From a virus, in the IMG/VR virus record IMGVR_UViG_3300036985_007703, positions 1-64,000 of that record: a stretch of 64,000 nucleotides of DNA, one strand, 5' to 3'. Positions 27,842-37,260 of the stretch are shown here, piece by piece (position 1 is the stretch's first letter; the number at the start of each line of letters is the position of its first letter). Made by a program: the position numbers and the translations under genes. The notes beneath the pieces were generated by a model. The model had not been told where the DNA came from. It ran no database searches and worked only from the letters and a program-made list of their open reading frames with translations.

Positions 27842-30282
27842 TACTCGCGGCCCTGGGCCACCATAAACCGCGTGGCGAGCCCCGCGAACCACGCCACCAC
27901 GTCCTGCGCGGCCTCCACGCCCACCGCCCCGATCACCGCGGCGTCGGCCACCGCACGCTTGCTCTCGATCAGCTCGATCATGTCGGCGTCGAACGTGTCC
28001 TCGCCGGCGAGCCAGTAGCTGTTGATGCTCTCGGCCTCGCTGCCGATGCGGTGCACGCGCCCCTCGGCCTGGTTCATGTCCGCAGCGTGCCACCCGAACT
28101 CCACGAAGGCCACGGTCCCCGCACACTGGAGGTTCAGGCCCACGCCGGCGGCCTTGAGCGAGCACACGATCACGCGGCACGCGGGGTCCTTCCAGAAGCG
28201 GTCCACGGCGTCCGCGCGCTCGCGGTCCGTGCTCTCCCCGCTGAGGGCCACGGCCCCGTAGGGGGCGAGGGCCGCGAGGAGCTTGCCCTGGATGGCCCGG
28301 TGGTGCGCGAACACCACGAGCTTCTGGCCCTCGGCGCCGTCGAGCCACGCCTCGATCCAGTCGACCGCGCTGGCGAGCTTGAACTCGGCCGCCATCTGGC
28401 GGAGGGCGTTGATGCGCACGAGGGCCTCGGCGTGGAAGCTCGCGGCGGACAGCGAGCCCTTGGCCTCGCGGAGCCACTCGATGGCGTCGCACATGGCGTC
28501 CGCGAAGGCGGCCTTGTCCCGGATCTCGCAGGGCACCACGGTCCGCTGGAGGGCCGGCAACTCTTTCACGACGTCCGCCTTCTCGCGGCGCACCATGCAG
28601 GTCGCGCGCAGGCGGCGGTTCAGCTCGCCGAGGTTGCTGGCGCCGCTGAGGTCCCACCCGTAGCGGCCCTGCGTGGCCTTGCAATACTGCTTCACGAACG
28701 CCCAGAACCCGCCGAACTCGCCGAGGCGCCCAAGCACGTCAAGCTGGTGCACCAGCTCCACGGGGCGGTTCATGATCGGGGTCGCGGTGAGGAGCAGGCG
28801 GGACTTAATGCTCTTCATGAGGGAAAGTCCCTTAACGCGCCCGGACTGTTGCGTTTTCGCGTCCTTGATCGCCTGGCACTCGTCCACGATGATCGCCCGG
28901 AAGCCGCGCGCCGCGACCTCGGGGGTGGGCTCGTATACCGTGCGCTCCCGGCCGCCCTTGCCCGGCGCCTTGACGGCGACCGTGAGCTTGCTGAGCTGCG
29001 CGTAGTTCACGATCACGAAGTCGCCGCTGAGGTCGATCTTGCCGTTGACCTCGCTGCTCGTGCGCCCCGCCAGAAACTTGTTGATCTCCTTGCGCCACTG
29101 GCGCTTGACCGCCTTCGGCGCGATCACGAGGCAGGGGTAGGCCCCGAGCTGCTCGACCGTGATCATGGCCTGGGGGGTCTTGCCGAGGCCCGTGTCGTCG
29201 GTGATGAGGACGTTCCTGTTGGCCACGGCGTAGGCGATGCCCGCGCGCTGGAAGGGGTAGGGGGTGACGCCGGCGGCCAGCCCGCTCAGGATCACCTCGG
29301 CGTCGGCCGCGCGGCTCGCCTCGACGTTGGCCAGGGCCTGGGCCACCGTCGCCTGCCCGAACGTGGCCACCGCCGCCGCCACGCGCCAGTTGAAGCGGCC
29401 CGCGAGGGCCTGGACCGCCGTGCAGTTCTCCGCCGTCGCCTTGACGACCCACACCCGGCGCTCGCCGTCCCAGCGGCGGCCCTGGAGGTCCTTGATCGCC
29501 GCGGTGGCCTCGGGGCTGTAGGGGGTGCGCAGGATGAGCTGGCCGTCCACGAGGGTCACATGGTCGGCCTTGGGGGCCTCGGCCTGGGGGGCCGGGGTGG
29601 CGGCGTCCGCGGCGTGGGCCGCGAGGAGGGCGCGGGCCACGGCGGGGCAGGCGATCCCGAAGCGGTCGAGGATCGCGAGGAGGGCCGCGGCGTTGCCGCG
29701 CATCGCGGCGACCCAGATGCGGCGCGCGCCGTCCCAGCGGCGGCCGTTCAGGGCCTTGACCGCCGCGGTGAAGTCCACGTCGTAGGGGGTCTGGAAGAGC
29801 AGGTCCTGCCCCTCGACCCAGGCCACGTACGCGCAGGTCTTGGTGTCGGCGAGGGCGCGGCGGTCCGCGGGGCAGCCCGCGCTCGCCGCGTAGGTCGCGA
29901 GGGCCACGGTCTTGAGGGCGGCGGCGGTCGCGGCGGCGGCGCGCGCCTTGAAGGCCTCGTAGTTGGCGTGGCGGTCCACCGCGACGCGGGGGAGGGCGTC
30001 CACGTCGATGCCGAAGCCCGTGAGCTGGCCCTTGTAGGTGCGGCAGAGGGCGCTGACGCTCGCCACGTCCTCGGCCGTCCAGGCCTCGGGGGCCACGGCG
30101 GCGATGGCGCGGCCGTAGGAGGTGTCCGAGGCGCTGAACCCCACGTCGTCCTTCTTCTTGGCGCCGTCGCAGACGCCCGCGAGGGCGCGCACGGCCGCGT
30201 GGAGTTGCTGGGCAAGGGCGAGCAGCTCGTCGGAGGTGAGGGCGGCGAGGGCGGCGAGGGTGATGATCGTGTTGGCTTCCAT
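27841..30282 (-). CDS. SNF2 helicase with two HARP-like domains (SMARCAL1-like)
   Basis: DDTGLGKT, IVDECQ, LTATP, GVGLNL, QAEGRVHRIG; two repeats TPY..(12)..GRRWDG.RR.WV. Confidence 0.9.
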   Translation of the reverse strand: MEANTIITLAALAALTSDELLALAQQLHAAVRALAGVCDGAKKKDDVGFSASDTSYGRAIAAVAPEAWTAEDVASVSALCRTYKGQLTGFGIDVDALPRVAVDRHANYEAFKARAAAATAAALKTVALATYAASAGCPADRRALADTKTCAYVAWVEGQDLLFQTPYDVDFTAAVKALNGRRWDGARRIWVAAMRGNAAALLAILDRFGIACPAVARALLAAHAADAATPAPQAEAPKADHVTLVDGQLILRTPYSPEATAAIKDLQGRRWDGERRVWVVKATAENCTAVQALAGRFNWRVAAAVATFGQATVAQALANVEASRAADAEVILSGLAAGVTPYPFQRAGIAYAVANRNVLITDDTGLGKTPQAMITVEQLGAYPCLVIAPKAVKRQWRKEINKFLAGRTSSEVNGKIDLSGDFVIVNYAQLSKLTVAVKAPGKGGRERTVYEPTPEVAARGFRAIIVDECQAIKDAKTQQSGRVKGLSLMKSIKSRLLLTATPIMNRPVELVHQLDVLGRLGEFGGFWAFVKQYCKATQGRYGWDLSGASNLGELNRRLRATCMVRREKADVVKELPALQRTVVPCEIRDKAAFADAMCDAIEWLREAKGSLSAASFHAEALVRINALRQMAAEFKLASAVDWIEAWLDGAEGQKLVVFAHHRAIQGKLLAALAPYGAVALSGESTDRERADAVDRFWKDPACRVIVCSLKAAGVGLNLQCAGTVAFVEFGWHAADMNQAEGRVHRIGSEAESINSYWLAGEDTFDADMIELIESKRAVADAAVIGAVGVEAAQDVVAWFAGLATRFMVAQGRE

Positions 30283-30336
30283 TGAGGCCTCCTGGCGCCA
30301 GGCGCCGGTTTGTTGATGGGACCATGCCCACTCAGA

Positions 30337-30366
30337 AACGTAACGCCGCCAGCCGGGTTTGTCAAC
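30337..30366 (-). promoter_or_regulatory. sigma70-type promoter
   Basis: GTTGACAAACC; TTGACA-17nt-TACGTT. Confidence 0.75.
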
Positions 30367-30394
30367 AACAGATCAACGGTGGTGTGGGGGGGCC

Positions 30395-31045
30395 TCAGAG
30401 GGGGGGCAGGCCGATGGGCTCCCAGACCGCGGCGCTGAGGCGCACCGTGGGGGCGTGGGTCTCCAGCCACGCGATGGCGCGCCGGCTCGGGGTGTGCGCG
30501 ATCCCCCCGCGCCACGCGATGCTCGCGGAGGCCGCCAGCATCCGCGCCGCCACCGCGATGTCCGCGGTCCCGCACCCGTAGGCCCGCAGCTTCGCCGCGA
30601 GGGCCGCGGGGTCCAGATGCCCCCCGTCGTACCAATAGGCCATCTCCAGGTTCGTCGCGTAGGCCTCGGCCTCGTAGCGCGCCCGCGCCGTGGGGTCCGT
30701 CATGTAGGCCCACTGCCAGCGCCAGCCCCCCGCGTCGTACTGCTCCACGTGCTGGTGCTCGTGGACGCACGTCGCGATCTCCTTGGCCAACACCGCGGGG
30801 TCCTGCGAGGCGCCCACCGCGTAGGGCAAGTAGATGGTGTGGCCGATCGTGGTCGCATATCTCTTCATGAACGTCTGGGCGTCCTGGATCCCCATGAGGT
30901 CCAGGGCCCACCCCGCCGCCTGCATCGCGTTCGAGCCCCCCTTCTGGACCACCTTGCTGTGGTAGACGCTACTCATGTACCCGTACAGGTCGATCACCAG
31001 CGCCGGGGTCAGCGCGTGGTGCTCAGTCGTTGGGCTCGTCGTCAT
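30395..31045 (-). CDS. zincin metallopeptidase-like protein
   Basis: ATTIGHTIY...CVHEHQHVEQY...RYEAEAY. Confidence 0.7.
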   Translation of the reverse strand: MTTSPTTEHHALTPALVIDLYGYMSSVYHSKVVQKGGSNAMQAAGWALDLMGIQDAQTFMKRYATTIGHTIYLPYAVGASQDPAVLAKEIATCVHEHQHVEQYDAGGWRWQWAYMTDPTARARYEAEAYATNLEMAYWYDGGHLDPAALAAKLRAYGCGTADIAVAARMLAASASIAWRGGIAHTPSRRAIAWLETHAPTVRLSAAVWEPIGLPPL

Positions 31046-31470
31046 CGTCGCTCCTCACCTCCCCGATCCACGGGGAGCCTAGCCGCCAGGACTCGTCCTC
31101 CATCGCCCAGCGCGCGCGCAGGCGCCGCGCCAGGCGCTCCTCGAACTCCACATCTTCCTTGTGCACTCAGTACGCCTCCAGGTCCAGGACGCTGGCCTCC
31201 GCGAGGCGCCCCGCCGCCAGCTCGTCCCGCATCCAGGCCGCGAGGCACGCGTACATGTCGCCGAGGTGCCGCAGGCGGGCCATGCCGGCCCCCCAGGCCT
31301 CCCCCGCCGTCCCGTAGGCGTCCGCCGCGTACATCGGGGCATCGAACCCCGGCCGCGCCACCCACAGGATCGCGGGCTCCACGCGCACCACGCGGTGCTC
31401 GACGACCGCCACCGCACAGGGCCGCGCCACGCTGATCTCGAACGTGTACGCGCGGGCCCCCGGCGCCCAC

Positions 31471-31845
31471 TCAGTGCCCGGCGTCCCCGGCATCGCCCGC
31501 GTCGACCATCTTGCCGGCGTCGGCAAAATGGTCCCCCGCGTCCCCGCCGCACTCCGCGGCCGGCACGCACGCCTCTTGGGCGGGGCAGCACGCCCAGACC
31601 CCCGGCGTCACGGTCGCGCAGTCCGCGACGAGGCCCCAGTTGCGGTCCGCATCGCAGACCTCCAGACGCGCCCCCGCGCACCGCAGGGCCTCGGGCGCGC
31701 ACCCATCCGGGGCCGCCCTCGTGAGGTCGCACCCCGCGAGCACCATCGCGAGCACCCCGACGCCGATCCCCGCCCCGAGGCACAGGCCCACCAGGGCCCA
31801 GATCCACCGCTTCACGGTGTGCTTGTCGTCGCTCTGCATCCCCAT
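31471..31845 (-). CDS. Cys-rich lipoprotein (myxobacterial type)
   Basis: Lipobox LAGC; CAPEALRCAGARLEVC..W..VADC; DAG repeats. Confidence 0.65.
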   Translation of the reverse strand: MGMQSDDKHTVKRWIWALVGLCLGAGIGVGVLAMVLAGCDLTRAAPDGCAPEALRCAGARLEVCDADRNWGLVADCATVTPGVWACCPAQEACVPAAECGGDAGDHFADAGKMVDAGDAGDAGH

Positions 31846-32082
31846 AGCTCCTTGCGCACGCGCGTGCGCAGCCGTCAGTTGAGCCTGATCGCCGGGGTCG
31901 ACGTTACCACGGCCCCCGGCGGCACCGCCACGATCGTCAACTGGATCACGTTGTTGGGCGTATCGAGGTCCAGCCGCGCCCCATCGTAGGGGGGCACCGC
32001 GACCCCGCGCGCCTTCAGCCCGTCCGTCAACAGCTCCACGGCCTCCTGCAGGGAGAGGCGGTAGACCCGCGCTTCGCGCACC

Positions 32083-32523
32083 TCAGCCATCGGCGTCCTC
32101 CAGCCCGAGGAAGCCCTCGACGCCCGCCAGCCCGAGGCACGCGGGGCACGTATCGAGCGCCCACGCGGGGCTCCGCCACACCCGCAGGCACGCGGGGCAC
32201 GCCGCGGGGTGCCAGGCGTAGCTCAGCGCCTCCGCCATCGCCTTGCGCATCGCCATCGAGGTCTTGTTGAACGGGATCACCTCGACGGTGGGGTGCGCCG
32301 CCACGTGGGCCGGGGCCCGGAGCCGATCCACCACCTCCTCGGCCGCCCGACGATGCGCCGCCTGGACCACCACGAGCGGTTGGTCCCCCGCCACCGCCAC
32401 GTACCGGGTGACCCGCACCATGGGGACGATGAGCGCCTCTGGCGGCACCACCATCGGTTGCGCCCCCACAAACACGTCGATCATCGGCGAGATGCGCGGA
32501 GTCTTGGATTTCTTCTTGGCCAT
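32083..32523 (-). CDS. hypothetical protein with a C-terminal Zn ribbon
   Basis: CPAC...PAWALDTCPAC; similar to 33229..33576 (CPAC...PWAIETCVDC). Confidence 0.55.
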   Translation of the reverse strand: MAKKKSKTPRISPMIDVFVGAQPMVVPPEALIVPMVRVTRYVAVAGDQPLVVVQAAHRRAAEEVVDRLRAPAHVAAHPTVEVIPFNKTSMAMRKAMAEALSYAWHPAACPACLRVWRSPAWALDTCPACLGLAGVEGFLGLEDADG

Positions 32524-32524
32524 C

Positions 32525-33166
32525 TCAGTACATCCCCTCCGCCGCCTTGGCCTTGGCCCGCACCTCGACCGCCTTGTCCAGCGAGGGCAGCGGGGCAGGC
32601 GGCGCCTCGTAGGCCCGCGCCTTGAGCACGCGCTGCTCCTCCGTCGCCGTGTCCAGCATCCGCGCGAGGTCCGCGAGGTTCGCCTGGTCGCTCAGCGCCT
32701 CGGGGTCGGGGTCCTCCCCGAGGGACCCCGGCAGGGCCGCCACGCTCGTCGCCGCGGGGCGCCCCCCCACGTACCCCGGCCGGTCGATCGGCGGGGCCGT
32801 CAGCGCGGGGCTCGCCGCCGCCGCGAGGGCGTCCCGCTGCGCCACCAGCAGCTTGAGGAGGTCGCGCACGTCCGCGAGGTCCCCCCGCAGCTCGGTGAGC
32901 TGCCCATCCACGTAGGTCACGCGCTCCCGGAGCACGGCGTAGGCCGTCTCCGCCTTGGCGTCCGCCACGTCCGCCTTGGCGTCCGCCCCGCTCAGAAACG
33001 CGAGGTTGCCCGGCACCAGGGCCGCGAGCAGCAGCAGCGCCTTGCCCGCCAGGAGGAGCCACGCGCGCTTCGTCCGCGCCGCCGGGGCCTGGCTCGCGGG
33101 GCCCGCCCCCGCCACGGTCTCCGCCGCCGCGTCCACTGTCTTCTGCACGTCATCCGCGAGCGTCAT
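32525..33166 (-). CDS. TM plus coiled-coil protein
   Basis: GGAG RBS; hydrophobic segment. Confidence 0.55.
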   Translation of the reverse strand: MTLADDVQKTVDAAAETVAGAGPASQAPAARTKRAWLLLAGKALLLLAALVPGNLAFLSGADAKADVADAKAETAYAVLRERVTYVDGQLTELRGDLADVRDLLKLLVAQRDALAAAASPALTAPPIDRPGYVGGRPAATSVAALPGSLGEDPDPEALSDQANLADLARMLDTATEEQRVLKARAYEAPPAPLPSLDKAVEVRAKAKAAEGMY

Positions 33167-33228
33167 GGTCCGTCTCCTCTCGGGGCTCCAGTAGCCCACC
33201 GTGCATATCCCCATCGGCGTGATCCCCA

Positions 33229-33576
33229 CTAGGGCATCACGGGCAAGGGCTGCCCACAAGTCGGGCAGCACCGGGCGCCCAGCCGGCAATCCACGCAGGT
33301 CTCGATCGCCCAGGGCTCACAGGTGTGCACCTTGCCGCAGGCCGGGCACGGCGCCTCGTAGTTCACCAGATCGTGCTGCGCCGCGACCTCCGCCTTCCGC
33401 TCCGCCGACATCTCCGTGTAGTCCTCGAACCGCGTCACGGGCATCACCGTGTAGGGCGGGATCGCCACGGCCCGCAGCCAGGACTGCGCCTCCGCGGGCG
33501 TGGTCCCGATCCCCGCCGCCGTGGTGCCGTCCTCGAAGGTAAACAAGATCATGTGCAGCTGATTGTCATCATACAT
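33229..33576 (-). CDS. Zn-ribbon hypothetical protein
   Basis: Several CxxC pairs. Confidence 0.55.
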   Translation of the reverse strand: MYDDNQLHMILFTFEDGTTAAGIGTTPAEAQSWLRAVAIPPYTVMPVTRFEDYTEMSAERKAEVAAQHDLVNYEAPCPACGKVHTCEPWAIETCVDCRLGARCCPTCGQPLPVMP

Positions 33577-34806
33577 GGGTCCTCCTTAGGCCTCTGTGGG
33601 CCCCACGCGGTCCACGGGGCGCATCCCAATGCAGAACGCCATCTCGCCCGTGGAGCCGTGGCGCTCGATATACCATTCCGCGTAGGCCGTGTGCGGGGGC
33701 ACCCCCGCGCACTCCCCGAGGTCCGCCGCGAAGCGGCACCCCGGCCCCGTGCAGAACCGCGCCAGCTGATCCGGGCGATAGGCGGGGTGCCAGACCCGCG
33801 CGGGGCCCCACGTCAGGCCCATCCCGCAGTCCGGGCACTCCCAGCGCAGGGCCGCCTCCACGCGGACCTTCGTCGCATCCTTCATCGCGGGGGGCCCTCC
33901 GGGGGCGGATCCCCCAGGCCGCCCTGCGCGAACCCCCGTGCATCCTCCTCGCGGGTGATGTCGTCCAGCACCTGCTGGGCCAAGCTCCCCCGCGGGGGTT
34001 CCAGCGGGGGCACCGCCATCTCGGGGCGCGCCGCGCAGTACCGAGACACGGCCTCGACCAGGCGCGCCTGCGCCCACACGCTGTTGGGGTCCATCAGCAG
34101 CTCGGTGAACCGATACGACACGGGCCGCGCCTTGGGGTCCCCGTCCGCGCTCAGCTCCTCGATGTCCCCCCCGTGGGCCCGCATCCACCGCATCGCTTCC
34201 TCGTAGGTCATGTGTTCTCCTCCGTCGGCCACGCCGACGAGATCTGCAGGGGCACATAGGGGTAAAAGATGGTCCCCGGCAGCAGCCCCGGCGGGAGCAC
34301 CAGGGGCGAGGGGACCTGCGAGTGGTGCAGCTCCGTGGTCACGAGCGTGACCTCCCCCGCCACGCGCACCGCCAGCGGCGCATCGGGGTCCCAGCACCAG
34401 CTCGCCGCGGTCAGCGCCACGTGGTCGCTCGCCACCGCGGCCTCGTACCGATCCCACGCCTGCCAGTTGCCCCCCGTGAGGTCGGGGCGGTCGAGGCCAT
34501 CGAACTGCGCCACCACCGCGGTGCAGAGCTGCGGCGGCGCCTTCATGCGCGCCTCCACCCAGGGGCGGAAGCGCTCGTCGTACAGGCGGATGGCGCCGAG
34601 CACGATCTCCGCGCTGCTCAGGCCGGCCCGCGCCGCGTGGTCGGCCGCCTGCGCCAGGGGCACCTCGTCGATCATCAGCTCCCGCCGGCCCTGCGGGTAG
34701 GCGCACACGATCCGCGTGAGGCGCACCGCGCAGGCCTCCGCCACCGCCTGCACCCAGCCCCCCGGCACGGCCGCGTCCCGGAGGCTCACCCGGTACCGCG
34801 TGGCGT

Positions 34807-35511
34807 TCATAGCGTCACCTCCTGGTGCCGCGCGCACCGCGCCCACGCCGCCGGGGTCAGGCCCCGGTAGAGGTCCGCCCACACCGTGGCCTCCACCACG
34901 TCAGCGGGGGGCTCCCCGTTGACCAGCGCAACGGCCCCGTCATCCAGCACCACGTCCCACCCGAAGCTGTGGTAGGCCGCGACGACCTTCTGGTGGAACG
35001 CCCGCTCCTCGAACCGATCCGGGGCCCCCCCGCGGGCCTGCACGCGCTGCCAGAACACCTCGGCCGGCCCATCCAGGACGTACGTCATGTCCGGCGCCAC
35101 CCACCACGGGACCTCGGGCGCCCCGTACCCGCGCGGCACCCCGGCCATCACCTCGCGCGCCAGGCCCTGCATCCGCTCCCGGTGCCCCTCCTCGGAGATC
35201 CCCTGGTAGACCACCGTGGAGTGGAAGAAGCGGTCGCAGACCACGACCACGCCCCGCCGCAGCAGGGGGCGGATCACGTGCTCCACGTGCCAGCAGCGGT
35301 CCGCCGCGAAGGCGTGCGCGAGCCCCCGCCAGCTCAGGTGCTCCCCGCCCCGCAGGTACTCCCGCAGGGGGCGCCCGAACGGCCCGTTCGTGGGCTCCGC
35401 CGTGCGCTGCGCCGCGACCCCCATGCCCCGCAGCCGGGCCACGAGCCGGTCCGCCTGCGTCGTGGTCCCCGCGCCGTCCGCGCCCTCGAACACGATGAAC
35501 GGCGCTCTCAT
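34807..35511 (-). CDS. tmk: thymidylate kinase
   Basis: FIVFEGADGAGTTTQ, AEP, FAADR..H, VVCDRFFHSTVVYQG, DRFE. Confidence 0.92.
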   Translation of the reverse strand: MRAPFIVFEGADGAGTTTQADRLVARLRGMGVAAQRTAEPTNGPFGRPLREYLRGGEHLSWRGLAHAFAADRCWHVEHVIRPLLRRGVVVVCDRFFHSTVVYQGISEEGHRERMQGLAREVMAGVPRGYGAPEVPWWVAPDMTYVLDGPAEVFWQRVQARGGAPDRFEERAFHQKVVAAYHSFGWDVVLDDGAVALVNGEPPADVVEATVWADLYRGLTPAAWARCARHQEVTL

Positions 35512-36203
35512 GACACCGCCCCCTCGGGCACGACCCCGAGGATGTCCACCTCGCTGAAGAGCAGGTCCCCGCTCCCCCGCTTGGCGCGGACCACGTGCGC
35601 GTAGGTCAAGGCGTGGATCTGCTGGTCCTGCGGGCCCTCCACGAGGCCCCGCCGCATCCGCAGCACGCAGAGGCGCCCCGCCGCGCCCGCCGCCAGGCTC
35701 TCCTGCGCCCACGCCTCCAGCGCCGCATCAGCCGCGCCGTGGGGGATGCGGTGCAACGTCACGCAGCGCTGCCCCGCGCTCCGCGTGGGGCCCATCAGCG
35801 GCACCTCGGCGAAGTGGATGCCCCCCACGGGGATCCACGCCTCCCAGGCCTCCCACCCCTCGAACGTCGCGACGCCCGCCGGGGCCAGCCCGAGGTCGAG
35901 GCGCGTGGGCACCGCGCTGGGCGCGACCCCCTCCCGGATGGGCCCCACCTCCGTCAGCTGCAGGGCCCACGTGCGCTCCCCGCGCCCCCCGAACCGCGCG
36001 GGGTCCACGCACGCGCACGCCGCGACCCGCGCCATCAGCCAGCGCCCCGTGTAGGCCGCCGCCCCGTGCTCCCACTCGCGGTACAGGATGTGGTCCCCCA
36101 CCAGGTAGTCCCGGTCCTCGCCGAACCGGATCTCCAGCGTCTTCGCCCCCCTGGCGATCTCGAGAAAATACGCGCGCCAGATCTTCAACTCGTGCGTGAT
36201 CAC
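35508..36203 (-). CDS. ASCH/PUA (DUF3850-like) domain protein
   Basis: HELKIW..YF..I..G.KT.EIR...DRDY.VGD.I..REW. Confidence 0.8.
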   Translation of the reverse strand: MITHELKIWRAYFLEIARGAKTLEIRFGEDRDYLVGDHILYREWEHGAAAYTGRWLMARVAACACVDPARFGGRGERTWALQLTEVGPIREGVAPSAVPTRLDLGLAPAGVATFEGWEAWEAWIPVGGIHFAEVPLMGPTRSAGQRCVTLHRIPHGAADAALEAWAQESLAAGAAGRLCVLRMRRGLVEGPQDQQIHALTYAHVVRAKRGSGDLLFSEVDILGVVPEGAVS

Positions 36204-37258
36204 AACGGCAATACCTCCTGCGCCAGCCGCCGCGCGGCCACCGCACAAAACTGCTCCTCGCGCTCGATCCCGATCACGCGGCGCCCCAGCTCCTTGGCCG
36301 CGCGCAGCGTGGTCCCGCTCCCCATGAACGGGTCGAGCACGAGGTCCCCCTTGTGGCTGCTCACGCGCACCATCTGCTGGATCAGCGGCAGGGGCTTCTG
36401 CGTGGGGTGCTGCCGGTCGGTCTCCCCGCCGAACCGCCAGACCTCCCCCCATTGGTCGTACTTCGTGAGGTTGAAGGGCCGGCGCAGGGCCTCGTACTCG
36501 CGCTTCAGCTCGTTGTACTCGCGGCGCAGCACGTCGGCCTCCCGCTGCAGCAGCGCGAGGTCGCGGTCCAGGGCGGGCTCCCCGTCCGCGGCCCGCGCCG
36601 CGTTGAACAGCTCGCGCAGGCGCAGGTAGTGGGCCTCCGTGGGGAGGGCCCACTGCGAGCTGCTGAACCAGTGCCCCGCCATGTTGGTGTTGAGGGCGCG
36701 GTTCACGTCCCCCCGCGAGAGCCCGGCCCGCGCGCGCTCCCCGTCGAGGTAGGCCCGGATGGGCTCGAAGATGCGCCCCCGCAGCTCGTCCTCGACCCGC
36801 GTGCGGTGCTCCTCGGCCCCCGGCCGGAGGCCCTCCCCGCGCTGCTCCGCGAAGACGATGCGCTCGTTGTTGCGCGTCCAGTAGGTCCGCAGCATCTCGA
36901 AGTCGACCTGGCCGTTGGCCCCCGGCTTCTGCCACGTGATGTTCGCCAGCACGTGGAACTGCGCCCGCATCGCCACATCGACCCGCGTCAGCATCTGCGG
37001 CGAGGTGAAGACGTAGAGGCTCCCCCGCAGCTCCAAGATGCCCCGCAGCAGGCCGAGCACCCCGTCGAGCCACGCGAGGAACGCGGCCTCCGTCTCCCAC
37101 TGGTTGTCCCAGTCCTCCTCGACGACCCCGCAATAGGGGGGGTCCGCGATGACGAGCTGCACGCTCGCCAGCTCCAGCTGCGGAAGCACCTCCTCGCAGG
37201 CCCCGCAGTAGATCGTGACCCCATTGCGCTCGTCGGCGTAGTACGGCGTCAGCGCCAT
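36200..37258 (-). CDS. beta-class N6/N4 DNA methyltransferase with an HTH/coiled-coil insert
   Basis: ADPPY ... HPTQKP ... LDPFMGSGTT. Confidence 0.92.
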   Translation of the reverse strand: MALTPYYADERNGVTIYCGACEEVLPQLELASVQLVIADPPYCGVVEEDWDNQWETEAAFLAWLDGVLGLLRGILELRGSLYVFTSPQMLTRVDVAMRAQFHVLANITWQKPGANGQVDFEMLRTYWTRNNERIVFAEQRGEGLRPGAEEHRTRVEDELRGRIFEPIRAYLDGERARAGLSRGDVNRALNTNMAGHWFSSSQWALPTEAHYLRLRELFNAARAADGEPALDRDLALLQREADVLRREYNELKREYEALRRPFNLTKYDQWGEVWRFGGETDRQHPTQKPLPLIQQMVRVSSHKGDLVLDPFMGSGTTLRAAKELGRRVIGIEREEQFCAVAARRLAQEVLPL

Positions 37259-37260
37259 CG

